The notes beneath the pieces were generated by a model. It had not been told where the DNA came from. It did not search any database and saw only the letters and a list, made by a program, of their open reading frames with translations. Shown here one piece after another: positions 45,501 to 55,628 of a stretch of 64,000 nt of DNA (the stretch's first letter is position 1; each line of letters opens with the position of its first letter). Position numbers and translations under genes: made by a program. The stretch comes from a virus (Duplodnaviria; Caudoviricetes): the IMG/VR virus record IMGVR_UViG_2634166338_000002, one strand, 5' to 3'.

Positions 45501-45698
45501 TCTAGCTCCAGCGGAGGCTATACCGGCGGGAAGCACCCCTGCGAGGTCGCTGGCCGGCCACCAAAGCGATGGCATGACTTATGTCTTCTCGCTTTAAGGG
45601 GTGGGGCTCGGACCTGCTTGCGCTAGGCAAGAGAGGAGCCTTTGATGGTTTGTCCAGCATGAACGCGGCGGACTTGCAGTTGAAGGCAGCGGACCCGT

Positions 45699-45729
45699 TG
45701 CTGGGATCCGAACAGTTCGGATCCCAGCA
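45699..45729. terminator. Perfect 15-1-15 inverted repeat
   Basis: tgctgggatccgaac-a-gttcggatcccagca. Confidence 0.6.
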
Positions 45730-45752
45730 GCATCGATGGCTGGTCCAGGCCA

Positions 45753-45923
45753 TCAGAGCAAGTCTGACCAGCCGTCCAAGGGGGAACCGAACAAGATGGC
45801 CATGACGGTCGGCATGGCAACTCGTCCGATCTTCAAGGCCACCCCACCGACCTTCTTCCAGTCGATCCTCCGGGCGTTCCCATCGTCACTGGGGTGCTCG
45901 GGAGTCTTGCTGTCGTTGCTCAT
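45753..45923 (-). CDS. 56-aa peptide (moron)
   Basis: Below the ORF-track cutoff: MSNDSKTPEHPSDDGNARRIDWKKVGGVALKIGRVAMPTVMAILFGSPLDGWSDLL; AGGTGA upstream, hairpin downstream. Confidence 0.55.
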   Translation of the reverse strand: MSNDSKTPEHPSDDGNARRIDWKKVGGVALKIGRVAMPTVMAILFGSPLDGWSDLL

Positions 45924-46725
45924 CGAAAGTTCACCTATATGTTCAATAGAAATTGAGCATGGGTTCGGCTTACGGATCGCTTCACATGGGGCAGATCTGG
46001 ATGCCGTAGGGACGCGAAGCGAGGATAAATCAGGGCTTTCGGAGGAATACGTGATTCACGTAAAAATGTTCTGACTAATTCTAAAGTGGCTGGTCACCGG
46101 GGTTCCTCGCCAGGTGAGCGCCACCGGACCGCAGTTGCGCTCGATCGCGGCGGCTGCGGCGAGCGAGACGGCAGGTCGAAAGAGAGTCCACTCGACCTCC
46201 TGCTGCCGCACGGGGTCTGGTACCTGCATTTCAGGGTTTTGTTCCTTTGGGAGAGCGCCTCGCCGAGACCTTGAAAAGCGGTGATGCGCCTTCGTTGGCG
46301 AGCAACATCTGGACTCATCGATTCATGTCACGGTCCTGGCCGCCCAAGCCTGATCGTCCTGCGCCTCAACCTCGCCCCAACCACCTGAAAAGCCGCTACA
46401 AACAGTCGGACGACCGTTACCCGAAATGGCTCAATCACCAGCGATCGGTCACTTCCTAGGCGGGAGTTTTTCAGATCTGGCCCCACTAGAGATCTACTGC
46501 GTCTCCGTCAGGCCTCTATGACTGGATGAAGCACCGACAATCCACTCGCGTAAGCCTCGAGTTCGTGACTGCGCGGCCAGGCATTTGCCCAGCACGTTCC
46601 AGAGCCCGGCGCGCCCAGGTCGCGCGGCTGCGGCGCCGCCGCAACGGCCGGCGCGGTGTACCGGGTGGGTGCACCGCTCGGACTTCGCCTGCCACCCACC
46701 CCAACCATCGTGGAGGTCTTCTGCC

Positions 46726-46914
46726 ATGCCCGCATCCGACGGCTTCCGGCCGCGCACGTTCATCAAGGCCGGTCGCGGCAGCGAACCCGTCGAACGCCTC
46801 GTATCCACCCCCGCCGAGGAGGTCGACGCCCTGTTCGACGGCTTTGCCGAACCGGCGCCTCCGGCACCGAGAAAGGCTACCGGTGCCGGGGCAACCGCCG
46901 CGAAGGCCGACTAG
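46726..46914 (+). CDS. Small tail-region hypothetical protein
   Basis: GGAGG RBS, ATG at 46726. Confidence 0.65.
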   Translation: MPASDGFRPRTFIKAGRGSEPVERLVSTPAEEVDALFDGFAEPAPPAPRKATGAGATAAKAD

Positions 46915-46993
46915 CAAACGGCCCTCGTGCGCGGCCGCCCAGGCATAGGGCCCGGACGCTCCCGGCTGACGGAGTTCGACTGTCATCCGGCTG

Positions 46994-47521
46994 CTATCCC
47001 AGGCCGAACAGTTCCTCAAGCAGCGCTTGGGACCTGATGGGCAGCGGCTCCTCCGGAAGGCACCGCTCGCACAACTGCCGCGCGGCCCGCACTCCTGTCA
47101 CGCCGACAATCGCTGCGAGGCTTCGGAGATCCATTTCGTCACAGGTGTGGGCGGAGAACGCTTTCAGCACGAATACGTGTTCCGGTATCCCGGTCATCAC
47201 CCGGAGGCCGGGATGGTCGAACGCCTCCCGCAGGCCAGGAGCTTGCTCGCCGGAGACATACCGGATCGCCTGTTCCGTCAACCACGATGGCGGCAAAGTC
47301 ATCGCCACAGCCACATTGTCGGCTTCTTCAAGAACAACAGTGTGCGAAATGAAACTGGCACCGACCCGCCGGGTCACACGCTGCGCGTCGTAGGCCAGGA
47401 CCATCGTTGCGCCATCGACGACGAACAGGTCAGCGACCACATTGCGGCGTAGCAGCCGATCGCCAAGTGCACCGAAGGCCCGGTCTACAGCGGCTCGGAC
47501 CTGTGAGCCGTCGCCGCTCAT
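46994..47521 (-). CDS. DUF6036-like nucleotidyltransferase, catalytic motifs degenerate
   Basis: LFVVDGATMVLAYD..RVTRRVG corresponds to the canonical VVGGAAM.LAYD...TRD.D. Confidence 0.7.
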   Translation of the reverse strand: MSGDGSQVRAAVDRAFGALGDRLLRRNVVADLFVVDGATMVLAYDAQRVTRRVGASFISHTVVLEEADNVAVAMTLPPSWLTEQAIRYVSGEQAPGLREAFDHPGLRVMTGIPEHVFVLKAFSAHTCDEMDLRSLAAIVGVTGVRAARQLCERCLPEEPLPIRSQALLEELFGLG

Positions 47522-47883
47522 GCCGCCTCAAGATCGCGGGCGGCAAGGTAGACGCCGTGCTTGCGGAACGCGGCCGGCGCGGTCACTAAGGCCTCCATCC
47601 GTTTGGACGCGAGCGACGACGGAAACCACGGCGTCGCAAGAACCTGGCCCCGTGACCACTCCGGTGGAGCGAGGTCCAGCTGCGCGGAAAGATGCTCCGC
47701 TATCGCGGCCAAAAGCACATTCCACCGATCATCGTCAACCCGTTCGGGTTCATCCCGAAACAGGTCCGGCTGCTGCCCGACAGGCGCCCATCGGAATTCC
47801 TCGAAGAACTCCCAGACGTGTTTCCAGCGGATCCTCTCGTCGCCCTGAGACGCGAGACGACCAGCAAGATCCACCAATGTCAT
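47518..47883 (-). CDS. Partner (antitoxin-like) protein of the nucleotidyltransferase
   Basis: EP....D.RW..LLAA.AEHL...P.W...L..PWF...P.AFR.HGV; ATGA-coupled to the NTase gene. Confidence 0.7.
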   Translation of the reverse strand: MTLVDLAGRLASQGDERIRWKHVWEFFEEFRWAPVGQQPDLFRDEPERVDDDRWNVLLAAIAEHLSAQLDLAPPEWSRGQVLATPWFPSSLASKRMEALVTAPAAFRKHGVYLAARDLEAA

Positions 47884-48010
47884 CGGCCGATAGACCACGA
47901 TCACCTGCCCAGCGGATGTTCTGGCCGCCGCGTGGTCGATCGTACGGCGACTCCCTGACAAATGACGCAGACCCGCATGTCGATCACAACTGAATAGGGC
48001 CCATCCGATC

Positions 48011-48427
48011 ATGAACCTCGCACCCCAGAATCCCACCAGTACGACCACCATGACGCCCAGCGCCGAGCCGGCCAGCGACAGCACGGTTGCCGGGGTCTCG
48101 ACGGAACCGACCGCTGAGGTCTCACTCGACCTGGATGCCCTGAACAAGTTCGACGTCGTCGACGACGCGGTCGCCGAACCGTTCCTGGTCCGGCATCAGG
48201 GTCACGTCTTCACCTTCGCGGATCCGCGGGACTCGGATTGGAAGGACCTGCTGCAGAGCATCCGCAACCCGGTGATGGCGATGCGGTATGCGCTGCCCGA
48301 GGACCAGCAGGACGTCTTCTACGGGCTGCGCCTGGAGGCGTGGAAGATCAACGTGCTGATGGAGCGCTGGCACAAGCACTACAAGCTGCCGCAGCAGCAG
48401 GACTTCGCCAAGCTGATCGCCGGGTAG
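48011..48427 (+). CDS. Tail assembly chaperone (gpG-like)
   Basis: Position between major tail and tape measure; LDLD...PF...W.D...W..HY motif. Confidence 0.8.
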   Translation: MNLAPQNPTSTTTMTPSAEPASDSTVAGVSTEPTAEVSLDLDALNKFDVVDDAVAEPFLVRHQGHVFTFADPRDSDWKDLLQSIRNPVMAMRYALPEDQQDVFYGLRLEAWKINVLMERWHKHYKLPQQQDFAKLIAG

Positions 48428-48431
48428 CCCG

Positions 48432-49193
48432 GTGAACCTGCTCCGGGAGCTCGACGACCTGGACCGGGAGCAGCCGGGGCGGCCGTTCACGCTGCGGATC
48501 GCCGACCGGGTGCTCGCCCTGCGGGCTGCACAGGCGCTGAGCTGGCGGGACTTGGTCGATGGCCTGCACAGCCTGGTCGGGTTCGTGACCTGGATCAGCC
48601 CCGACGACACCGTGGGTGAGGTGCTCGGCGGGCTGGCGTTGTGGCAGATGCAGGCCGTGGTGCGCGCCTACCGGCAGCACTATGGGCTGCCGGCGTCACC
48701 GCAGCAGGATCAGCGGCTGCTCATGCTGCTGGGAACGCCGGCCTACCGGCGGGCGATCGAGTGGGATCTGCGCGCCCTGCACGGTCTGGATCTCGGCGCG
48801 GAGTGGCGGGAGCGCCGGTGGCGGCGGCTGCTCGACTTCATCGACGGCCTGCCCTCCCACTCGCATTTCGCCGAAGCGCTGGCCGCCGACGAGGACCTGG
48901 CCGAGGCGATCATCGACGCCGACGACGGCACCCCGAAACGCCCCGTTCGCCGGTTGTCGGAGTACAGCGCCGAGGTGGAGCTGCTGACGGTGCTCACCGA
49001 CCGGGTCGCCGAGTTGATCCAGGTGACGGTGGCCAGCCGTGGCGGTAAACCCCGCAAGGTCACGCCGATGCCCCGCCCGGCCAGCGCGGTGGAGAAGGTT
49101 CGGGGCCGCCGCCAGCGGCGCCGCCACGAATGGACCGTCGCCCGCGTGTACGGGCGCATCGGCCCGGACGCCCCACCACCACCGCACTCGTAA
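48432..49193 (+). CDS. Tail assembly chaperone gpGT-like (duplicated G domain plus T domain)
   Basis: N-terminal part aligns with 48011-48427; C-terminal AIE.DL...G.DL...WR.RRWRRLL..ID.LP..S...A...D. Confidence 0.78.
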   Translation: MNLLRELDDLDREQPGRPFTLRIADRVLALRAAQALSWRDLVDGLHSLVGFVTWISPDDTVGEVLGGLALWQMQAVVRAYRQHYGLPASPQQDQRLLMLLGTPAYRRAIEWDLRALHGLDLGAEWRERRWRRLLDFIDGLPSHSHFAEALAADEDLAEAIIDADDGTPKRPVRRLSEYSAEVELLTVLTDRVAELIQVTVASRGGKPRKVTPMPRPASAVEKVRGRRQRRRHEWTVARVYGRIGPDAPPPPHS

Positions 49194-49250
49194 CTCCCGA
49201 TCCGGCGGCCGGCACCCGGCCCCGCCTCACCGACGGGAGGTGGTGCCGGG

Positions 49251-52200
49251 ATGGGCGCGGCCAAGACGTACAGCGCGGGAACCGCGTGGCTCCAGGTGGT
49301 CCCGAGCCTCGAGGACATCGAGGACCTGCTCGGCAAGGAAGTCGGCAAGCTCGGCCGGAACATCGAGAAGACCCTCGGCTCCGCGTTGCCGCAGGGGATG
49401 GCCCAGGGCGCGAAACGGGCGCGGCCGCTCGGTGAGCAGGCCGGCATGGTGTACGGCGGCAGCTTCGGTAAGACCGCGGTCCGGCAGATCGAGAAGGCGT
49501 GGCAGGCGCTGCCCGAGCCCGAGCCGAAGATGACCAAATGGCAGTCCCGGATCAACGAGGTCCGCAAGGAGCTGCGGTCGATCCAGGGTGACGCGCTCGG
49601 CGGGAACATCGATGAGAAGGCCCTGGTGGCGCGGGTGCAGGCGGCCGCGGACCGGCTGCAAGTGCTGCAAGGCGCCGCGCGGACGGCGGGTCAGTTCCAC
49701 AACGCCCGCGACGCCGCGCGGGAGCTGGAGACGTTCCTCGACGTCGCCGATGATGCCGCCCGCCGCGGCGCGGTCGCCGGGCGGGGCTTCGGCGGGGCGT
49801 TCGTCGACCAGGTCGCACGCTCGCTCGACGAGGCGATCGCGGCGCTGCCCGCCTTCCCGGTCGGCGTCGACACCGATGAGGCCCGCGACCAGGTAGCCCG
49901 GCTGCGCGACGAGCTGTTCCGGCTGTCGGCGCTGACCATCGGCATCGACATCGACCCGGACGCGGCGATGGCGCAGATCCTGCGGGTGCGCGAGGAACTG
50001 CGGGCGCTGGCCGACGACGGTGATGTGGAGATCCAGTTCGCGGCCGAGACCGCCGGCGGCAAACTCGGCCGGCTGCTCGGCGAGGACGCGCGACGGCGGG
50101 GCAAGGCCGACGCGGAGGCGTACTCCGGGGCGTTCGACACGCACCTGCGCTCGTCGCTGTTCGGTGCCCTCGAGGCGATCCCGGATGTGCCGCTGTCGCT
50201 GGACACCAGCGCGGCCCAGGCCAACCTGGCGGTCCTGCGTGACCAGATTGAGGATCTGGCGGACCGCCGGATCGGCGTGGACATCGACGCCATCGACGCG
50301 TACGCCGAGTTCCTGCGGCTGCACACCGCTTTGCGGGCGCTGGAGGCTGAGGACGTCGACCTGGACGTGCGGGTCAACGCGGCCAGCGCCGCGGATGCCA
50401 TGTCCCGGTTCGCCAACGAGACCGACAATGGCTCCGGCGCGCTGCAGCGTATGGACCAGCAGGCCCGGCTCACGATGTCGCGGCTCGGTTTGATCGTCGG
50501 GCTCAGTGCGTCGTTCGGTGCGGCTTTCGTGCCGGCCGTGTTGTCGGCGGCTGCCGCGGTCGGCTTCCTCGGGGCGGCCGGGCTGGCGGCCGGGTCCGGG
50601 CTGGGGGTGCTGGCGCTCGGCCTTAACGGCATCGGTGACGCCGTCGGGGCGTTGAACCAGGCCGAACAGTCCGCCGACCGGACCGCGCAGACCGTGGCCC
50701 GGGCGCAGGCCTCGGTCCGGCAGGCTACCGAAGGGGTGGCTCAAGCCGAAGCCGGCCAGGCGCGTACACGGCAGCAGATCGCCGATTCCGCCGAAGACGC
50801 GGCCCGGCGAGTGCACACCGCGGAAGCCGATCTTGCCGAGGCGCGGCGGGCCGCCGGCCGCGACGCGCGTGACGGTGCCCGTGCCGTCGCGGCAGCGCAA
50901 CGCGATGTCACTGAGGTCGAGGCCGCGGCTGTGGCGGTGCGCCGGGACCTGAACGCGGCCTACCAGGAAGCGGCCCGCAGCCTGGAGGACTTGCAGTCGA
51001 AGCTGGCCACCAATGCGATCGATCAGCGCAAGGCTTCTACCGCGATCATGCAGGCCCACCAGGAGCTGCAAGCAGTCATCGCCAATCCGCGGGCGACCGA
51101 CATCGAACGCCGTCAGGCGCGGGAACGTTACGACGAGCGGGTCCAGCAGTACAAGGATCTGCAACAGCAGGGCAACCGGCTCGGCCAGGACCTCGCGGCG
51201 GCCAACCGCAAGGGGCTGGAAGGCAGCGACGAGGTCGTGGCCGTGCGGGAGCGGATCGCCGCCGCCGATCAGCGGGTCGCCGATGCTCGGGCCCGGCTGA
51301 CGCGCACGCAGGAGCAGGCGGCCGAGTCGCAGCGGCAGGCCGGAACCCGGATCGCGGCCAGTCAGCAGCAGGTCACCGACGCCCAGCGGGCGCAGGCCCG
51401 CGCGGCGGTCGACGGCGCGTACCAGGTGCAGCAGGCCAGCGCCGCGATCCGTTCCGCCCGGGCGCAGGAGGCGCAGGCCTACACCGACCTCGGTGCTGCC
51501 GGTGGCGAGGCGGCCCGCACCCTGACCACGGCGATGGCCGATCTGACGCCGGCCGGCCGGGAGTTCGCCGGGTTCATCTTCGGGCTCAAGGACGAAGCGC
51601 TCGCGCTACGGGCAGCCGGGCAGGAGAACCTGCTGCCCGGCCTGCAGGAGGCGATCACCCTGTCCCTGCCGTACCTGCCCGGTTTGGAGGACTTCATCGG
51701 CCGGGTCGCGGGCAAGGTCGGTGACCTGGCGGTGCAGTCATCTCGGGCGTTCGGCGGTGCGACGTGGCAACGCTTCTTCGCCTTCGTCGGTCAGGACGCG
51801 GTACCGCAGTTGCAGCAGATGTACGACATCGGCTCGGATCTGACCGAAGGACTGCTCGCGCTGTACCTGGCGCTCGTGCCGTTCAACGGCCAAGTCGGTG
51901 GTGGTCTGGCATCGCTGGCACAGGACTTCGCCGACTGGGCGAACAACCTGGACCGCACGCAGGGCTACCGGGACTTCCTCGATTACGTGCGTGAGCAGGG
52001 CCCTGAGGTCGTCGAACTGCTGGGCAGCTTCGCCGAAGCGGTGGTCAACATCGCCGAGGCGGGGATGCCGCTGGGCGCTCTGATGATCGACGCCACCAAC
52101 GGGGTGCTGGAGTTCGTCAACGCGATCCCCGGACCGGCGTTGACGGGGCTGGTCAGTATGCTCGGCTTGGCGGCGGCCGGGGTGATCGGCCTGTCGGCGG

Positions 52201-54533
52201 CGATCCGGGTCGGGAAGTTCAAGAACGAGTTGTCGGAGATCTTCGGCCCGGCGATGCAGTCGATGGTGCAGCGGTACGCCGTCGACACCGGCCGGGCCAC
52301 CACCGAGACCGGGAAGCTGCGCACCGCGGTGGCCACCGCGGGTGGCGTGGCCAGCGCGGCGGGCAACAAGTTCCTCGACGCCGGCCAGCGCATGGCCGGG
52401 GTGGCCAGTGCCCTGGTCGGGCCGTGGGGCCTGGGCATCGCGGTCGCCACCGGCGCCGTCATGTACTTCGGCGCCAAGACCGCCGAACAGCAGGCGAAGG
52501 TCGACGGCCTGACGTCGGCGCTCGCGGCGATCAACGACGAGTTCCGGGACCTCAAGGCGCAGGGCGTGCCTGCAGCCGACGCTACGGCCACCGCGATCCG
52601 CCGGGCGGTGGAGAACAACCCGCAGCTGCAAGAAGCGGTGGTGGCCCTCGACGAGATGGGCGTCAGTTTCGCCGAGATCGTCGAGGCGGCCTCCAGCGGT
52701 GACCCGTCGCAGATCGTGGCCCGGCTCAACGAGGAACTCGCCGAACAGGCCGCGATCGTCAACCAGGGCGGCCGGTACGGGGCGAAGGAGAACGACGCCG
52801 CGGTCAAACGGATCCAGAACATCCAGGATCTCAAGGACGCGTTCGTCGCCAACGCGCAAGCGATCGGCCTGGCCGCCCGCGCGCAGGACGTGCTCAACAC
52901 CGAGAACAGCGAGCACAACGCGATCCTGCAATTCCGGGAGCAGCACCCGGACGCCACGCCCGCGCAGATCCAGGCGCAGACCGGCGCCTACCGGGCCAAC
53001 GCCGATCAGATCGACGACCTGACAGTGCTGCTCAACGCGTTCGCCGCGGGCCAGAACGACGCGACGATCAAAGCGGACGCGTTGCGGCGGGCCATCGACG
53101 ATCAGAGCGGTGCGCTGATCTCGGCCGAAGAAGCCGGCGACACCTGGAACGCGCAACTGCTGTCGCTGAGCGAATCGGTGGACAGCAACGGGCGCAGCCT
53201 GGCCATGAACACCCGCGAAGGCCTGGCCAACCGCGACGCCCTGCAAGCGGCGGCGAAAGCCACCCGCGACCTGTATCTGGAGGAGATCGCCTCCGGCAAA
53301 CCGATGGCTGACGCCACCAAGGCACATCAGGACCGGATCGGCGCGCTGCGGGAGGAGGCCAAACGGCTCGGGATCGCCGGCACGGAGACCGACCGGCTGA
53401 TCGACCTGTACGGCGAGGTCCCCGACGACGTGCAGACGATCTACACCACCAAGGGGTTCAAGGACGTCTACCTGGAACTCGCCCAGCTCAAGTTCATGCA
53501 GGACTCCCTGAACAAGGGCTGGTCGGTGGAGAAGGCCCAGAAAGAATGGGAAATCCGCAAGATGTACCTCACCGGGGAGGGCGGTCCGCCGTTCCCGAAT
53601 CTCCCCGCGAAGGCAGACGGCGGCCGGATCACCGGACCGGGCAGCGGCACGTCCGACGACGTGCTGCTCTGGGGCTCCAACGGCGAGTGGGTGCATACGG
53701 CCGCCGCGGTGAACTTCTACGGCGACGACTTCATGCAGGCGATCAACACCATGTCGCTGCCGAAACAGTGGCTGCCGGGATTCTCCACCGGCGGGCGCAT
53801 CGGCGAGGACCCGCTGCCGCGTTACGCCACCGGCGGCAAGGTGATGACCTGGCCGGCCGCGATCGACCTCACCAAGACGCTGATCCCGTCGCTGCAACAG
53901 GCCACCGCCGCGCTGGGCGACGCGGCCAACGGCCTCGGCTGGCAATGGCAGATGAAGGTGCTGCGCGCAGCGTTCCCCGGCCTGGCGTTGTACTCCGGGC
54001 ACCGGGTGGACTCGCGTACCGCCAACGGCAGTCTCAGCTGGCACTCCCGGGAGGGCGTCGACGCCGATGGCCGCAAGGTACGCGGCCGTGCCGTGGACGT
54101 CCCGCCCCGGCAGGACGTCTTCGACGCGATCCACCGCCGCTACCGGGCGAACACCAAGGAACTGATCTGGGGCGGTGACCCGGACCGCAACATCTACCAC
54201 GGTAAGACGCACCGGTTCAGCGACTCACTACTCGCACAGCACGGCCCCTACCAGGGGAAACGTGGCCCTTCACCGCACATTCACTGGGCTTTCGACCAGG
54301 GCGGATGGCTGATGCCGGGCATGCCGAGCATCAACAACCTGCGCGAGCCGGAACCGGTGCTGACGCCGTGGCAGTGGGACGCCATCGAGGCGTACGTCGG
54401 TCAGGGCCTGGCCGGCGCCGGAACCGGGCCGACGTACCACTTCGCCTTCACCGACACCACGCTCACCCCGGAGCGGCTGTCGGCGATCCAGCAGCGCCAG
54501 GACGCGCTCGCCCGGGTCGGCCGCCCCCGCTGA
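49251..54533 (+). CDS. Tape measure protein with C-terminal peptidase-like domain
   Basis: 1760 aa, helical; AG.A...V.P start; GPG.GTSD...SNGE; SWH...AVD...HIH. Confidence 0.93.
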   Translation: MGAAKTYSAGTAWLQVVPSLEDIEDLLGKEVGKLGRNIEKTLGSALPQGMAQGAKRARPLGEQAGMVYGGSFGKTAVRQIEKAWQALPEPEPKMTKWQSRINEVRKELRSIQGDALGGNIDEKALVARVQAAADRLQVLQGAARTAGQFHNARDAARELETFLDVADDAARRGAVAGRGFGGAFVDQVARSLDEAIAALPAFPVGVDTDEARDQVARLRDELFRLSALTIGIDIDPDAAMAQILRVREELRALADDGDVEIQFAAETAGGKLGRLLGEDARRRGKADAEAYSGAFDTHLRSSLFGALEAIPDVPLSLDTSAAQANLAVLRDQIEDLADRRIGVDIDAIDAYAEFLRLHTALRALEAEDVDLDVRVNAASAADAMSRFANETDNGSGALQRMDQQARLTMSRLGLIVGLSASFGAAFVPAVLSAAAAVGFLGAAGLAAGSGLGVLALGLNGIGDAVGALNQAEQSADRTAQTVARAQASVRQATEGVAQAEAGQARTRQQIADSAEDAARRVHTAEADLAEARRAAGRDARDGARAVAAAQRDVTEVEAAAVAVRRDLNAAYQEAARSLEDLQSKLATNAIDQRKASTAIMQAHQELQAVIANPRATDIERRQARERYDERVQQYKDLQQQGNRLGQDLAAANRKGLEGSDEVVAVRERIAAADQRVADARARLTRTQEQAAESQRQAGTRIAASQQQVTDAQRAQARAAVDGAYQVQQASAAIRSARAQEAQAYTDLGAAGGEAARTLTTAMADLTPAGREFAGFIFGLKDEALALRAAGQENLLPGLQEAITLSLPYLPGLEDFIGRVAGKVGDLAVQSSRAFGGATWQRFFAFVGQDAVPQLQQMYDIGSDLTEGLLALYLALVPFNGQVGGGLASLAQDFADWANNLDRTQGYRDFLDYVREQGPEVVELLGSFAEAVVNIAEAGMPLGALMIDATNGVLEFVNAIPGPALTGLVSMLGLAAAGVIGLSAAIRVGKFKNELSEIFGPAMQSMVQRYAVDTGRATTETGKLRTAVATAGGVASAAGNKFLDAGQRMAGVASALVGPWGLGIAVATGAVMYFGAKTAEQQAKVDGLTSALAAINDEFRDLKAQGVPAADATATAIRRAVENNPQLQEAVVALDEMGVSFAEIVEAASSGDPSQIVARLNEELAEQAAIVNQGGRYGAKENDAAVKRIQNIQDLKDAFVANAQAIGLAARAQDVLNTENSEHNAILQFREQHPDATPAQIQAQTGAYRANADQIDDLTVLLNAFAAGQNDATIKADALRRAIDDQSGALISAEEAGDTWNAQLLSLSESVDSNGRSLAMNTREGLANRDALQAAAKATRDLYLEEIASGKPMADATKAHQDRIGALREEAKRLGIAGTETDRLIDLYGEVPDDVQTIYTTKGFKDVYLELAQLKFMQDSLNKGWSVEKAQKEWEIRKMYLTGEGGPPFPNLPAKADGGRITGPGSGTSDDVLLWGSNGEWVHTAAAVNFYGDDFMQAINTMSLPKQWLPGFSTGGRIGEDPLPRYATGGKVMTWPAAIDLTKTLIPSLQQATAALGDAANGLGWQWQMKVLRAAFPGLALYSGHRVDSRTANGSLSWHSREGVDADGRKVRGRAVDVPPRQDVFDAIHRRYRANTKELIWGGDPDRNIYHGKTHRFSDSLLAQHGPYQGKRGPSPHIHWAFDQGGWLMPGMPSINNLREPEPVLTPWQWDAIEAYVGQGLAGAGTGPTYHFAFTDTTLTPERLSAIQQRQDALARVGRPR

Positions 54534-54612
54534 AACCCCCTGCCGATCGGCAGCCCGTCACCCCCGCAGGTGACGGGTCCGATGTCGTCTCACGAGCCGG
54601 GGGAGGCGAGCG

Positions 54613-55617
54613 GTGCCGATTCTCGCCGGCGGTCTGTCCACCACCCCCGTGGTGGAAACGCCCAGCGTGGTGCAGCCGGTCTGGTCAGAAGACCTCGGCA
54701 CGATCGCCGCGACCTGGATCGATCCCGACGGCACCGAATGGCCGCTGTCCAACCCGGATCTGGGCTGGTTCACCATGGACGGCCCGGCCGGATGGGGCTC
54801 CACACCGCTGGAGATCGTGGTGGACCCGCTGCCCCGCGGCGGCGAACAGGTGCGTTACATCCGGTCGAAGTCGCGGCGCATCCAGTGGCCGCTCTACATC
54901 GGCGGCGACGACCACGCCGAGTTCGTCACCCGGTACCGGCAGCTGATGCACGCCTTCACCGCGACCACCCAGCGCGGCGTGCCCGGATGGCTGCGCATCG
55001 GCCGGACCGGGTCCGGCCGGTACCGGCAGATCGCCGCGTACTACGAAGAAGGCTGGGAGGGCGAGTCCGGGCAGAACCACCTGTTCGCCAAACCGGTGGT
55101 GCAGCTGTACTGCCCGGACGGGTTCTGGTCCGGCGACACCCCGGTCGTGGCGGCCCGCACGTTCGAGGCCAGCAACCCCGACCCCGACGACCTCGTCACC
55201 TTCTACCGGCCGTTCATGTCGGTGACCAGCTCGCGGCTGGTATCCGGCGGAGACGACGGTAGCGGGGCGCCGTCCTCGACGACGGTCGTCAACGACGGCC
55301 AGGTCGAGGCATGGCCGGTCTGGAAACTACGGGGCCCGTTCGACAAGCTGACCTGCGTCAACCTCACCACCGGCGCCCGGTTCTCCCTGACCTACAACCT
55401 GGCCGCCGGCGACGCCATCACGATCACCACGAACCGGCCCTCCGTGCGCGACCTCGCCGGCGTCAACCGTTCCCGGTTCATCGACTGGCTCAACCCGCTC
55501 GGCACCGAGTTGTGGCCGCTGGTCCCCGGCGCCAACGAAATCGCCTTCATCGCGATGGGCGCCGGTGCAGGCACCGGCGTGGAGATGACGTTCACGCCGC
55601 GCTACGAGACCGCCTGA
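54613..55617 (+). CDS. Distal tail (Dit-like) protein
   Basis: Follows the TMP; L.CPD.FW, N.G...AWP.W...GP, LWPL.PG.N. Confidence 0.85.
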   Translation: MPILAGGLSTTPVVETPSVVQPVWSEDLGTIAATWIDPDGTEWPLSNPDLGWFTMDGPAGWGSTPLEIVVDPLPRGGEQVRYIRSKSRRIQWPLYIGGDDHAEFVTRYRQLMHAFTATTQRGVPGWLRIGRTGSGRYRQIAAYYEEGWEGESGQNHLFAKPVVQLYCPDGFWSGDTPVVAARTFEASNPDPDDLVTFYRPFMSVTSSRLVSGGDDGSGAPSSTTVVNDGQVEAWPVWKLRGPFDKLTCVNLTTGARFSLTYNLAAGDAITITTNRPSVRDLAGVNRSRFIDWLNPLGTELWPLVPGANEIAFIAMGAGAGTGVEMTFTPRYETA

Positions 55618-55628
55618 TCGGGGGTGCG

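Noticed and set aside
46086-46460. Possible transposase remnant
   Set aside because: No recognisable catalytic motif or terminal inverted repeats could be established by eye.
48395-48435. Programmed -1 frameshift site in the tail chaperone
   Set aside because: No X XXY YYZ or GGGAAA-type slippery sequence near the stop codon.
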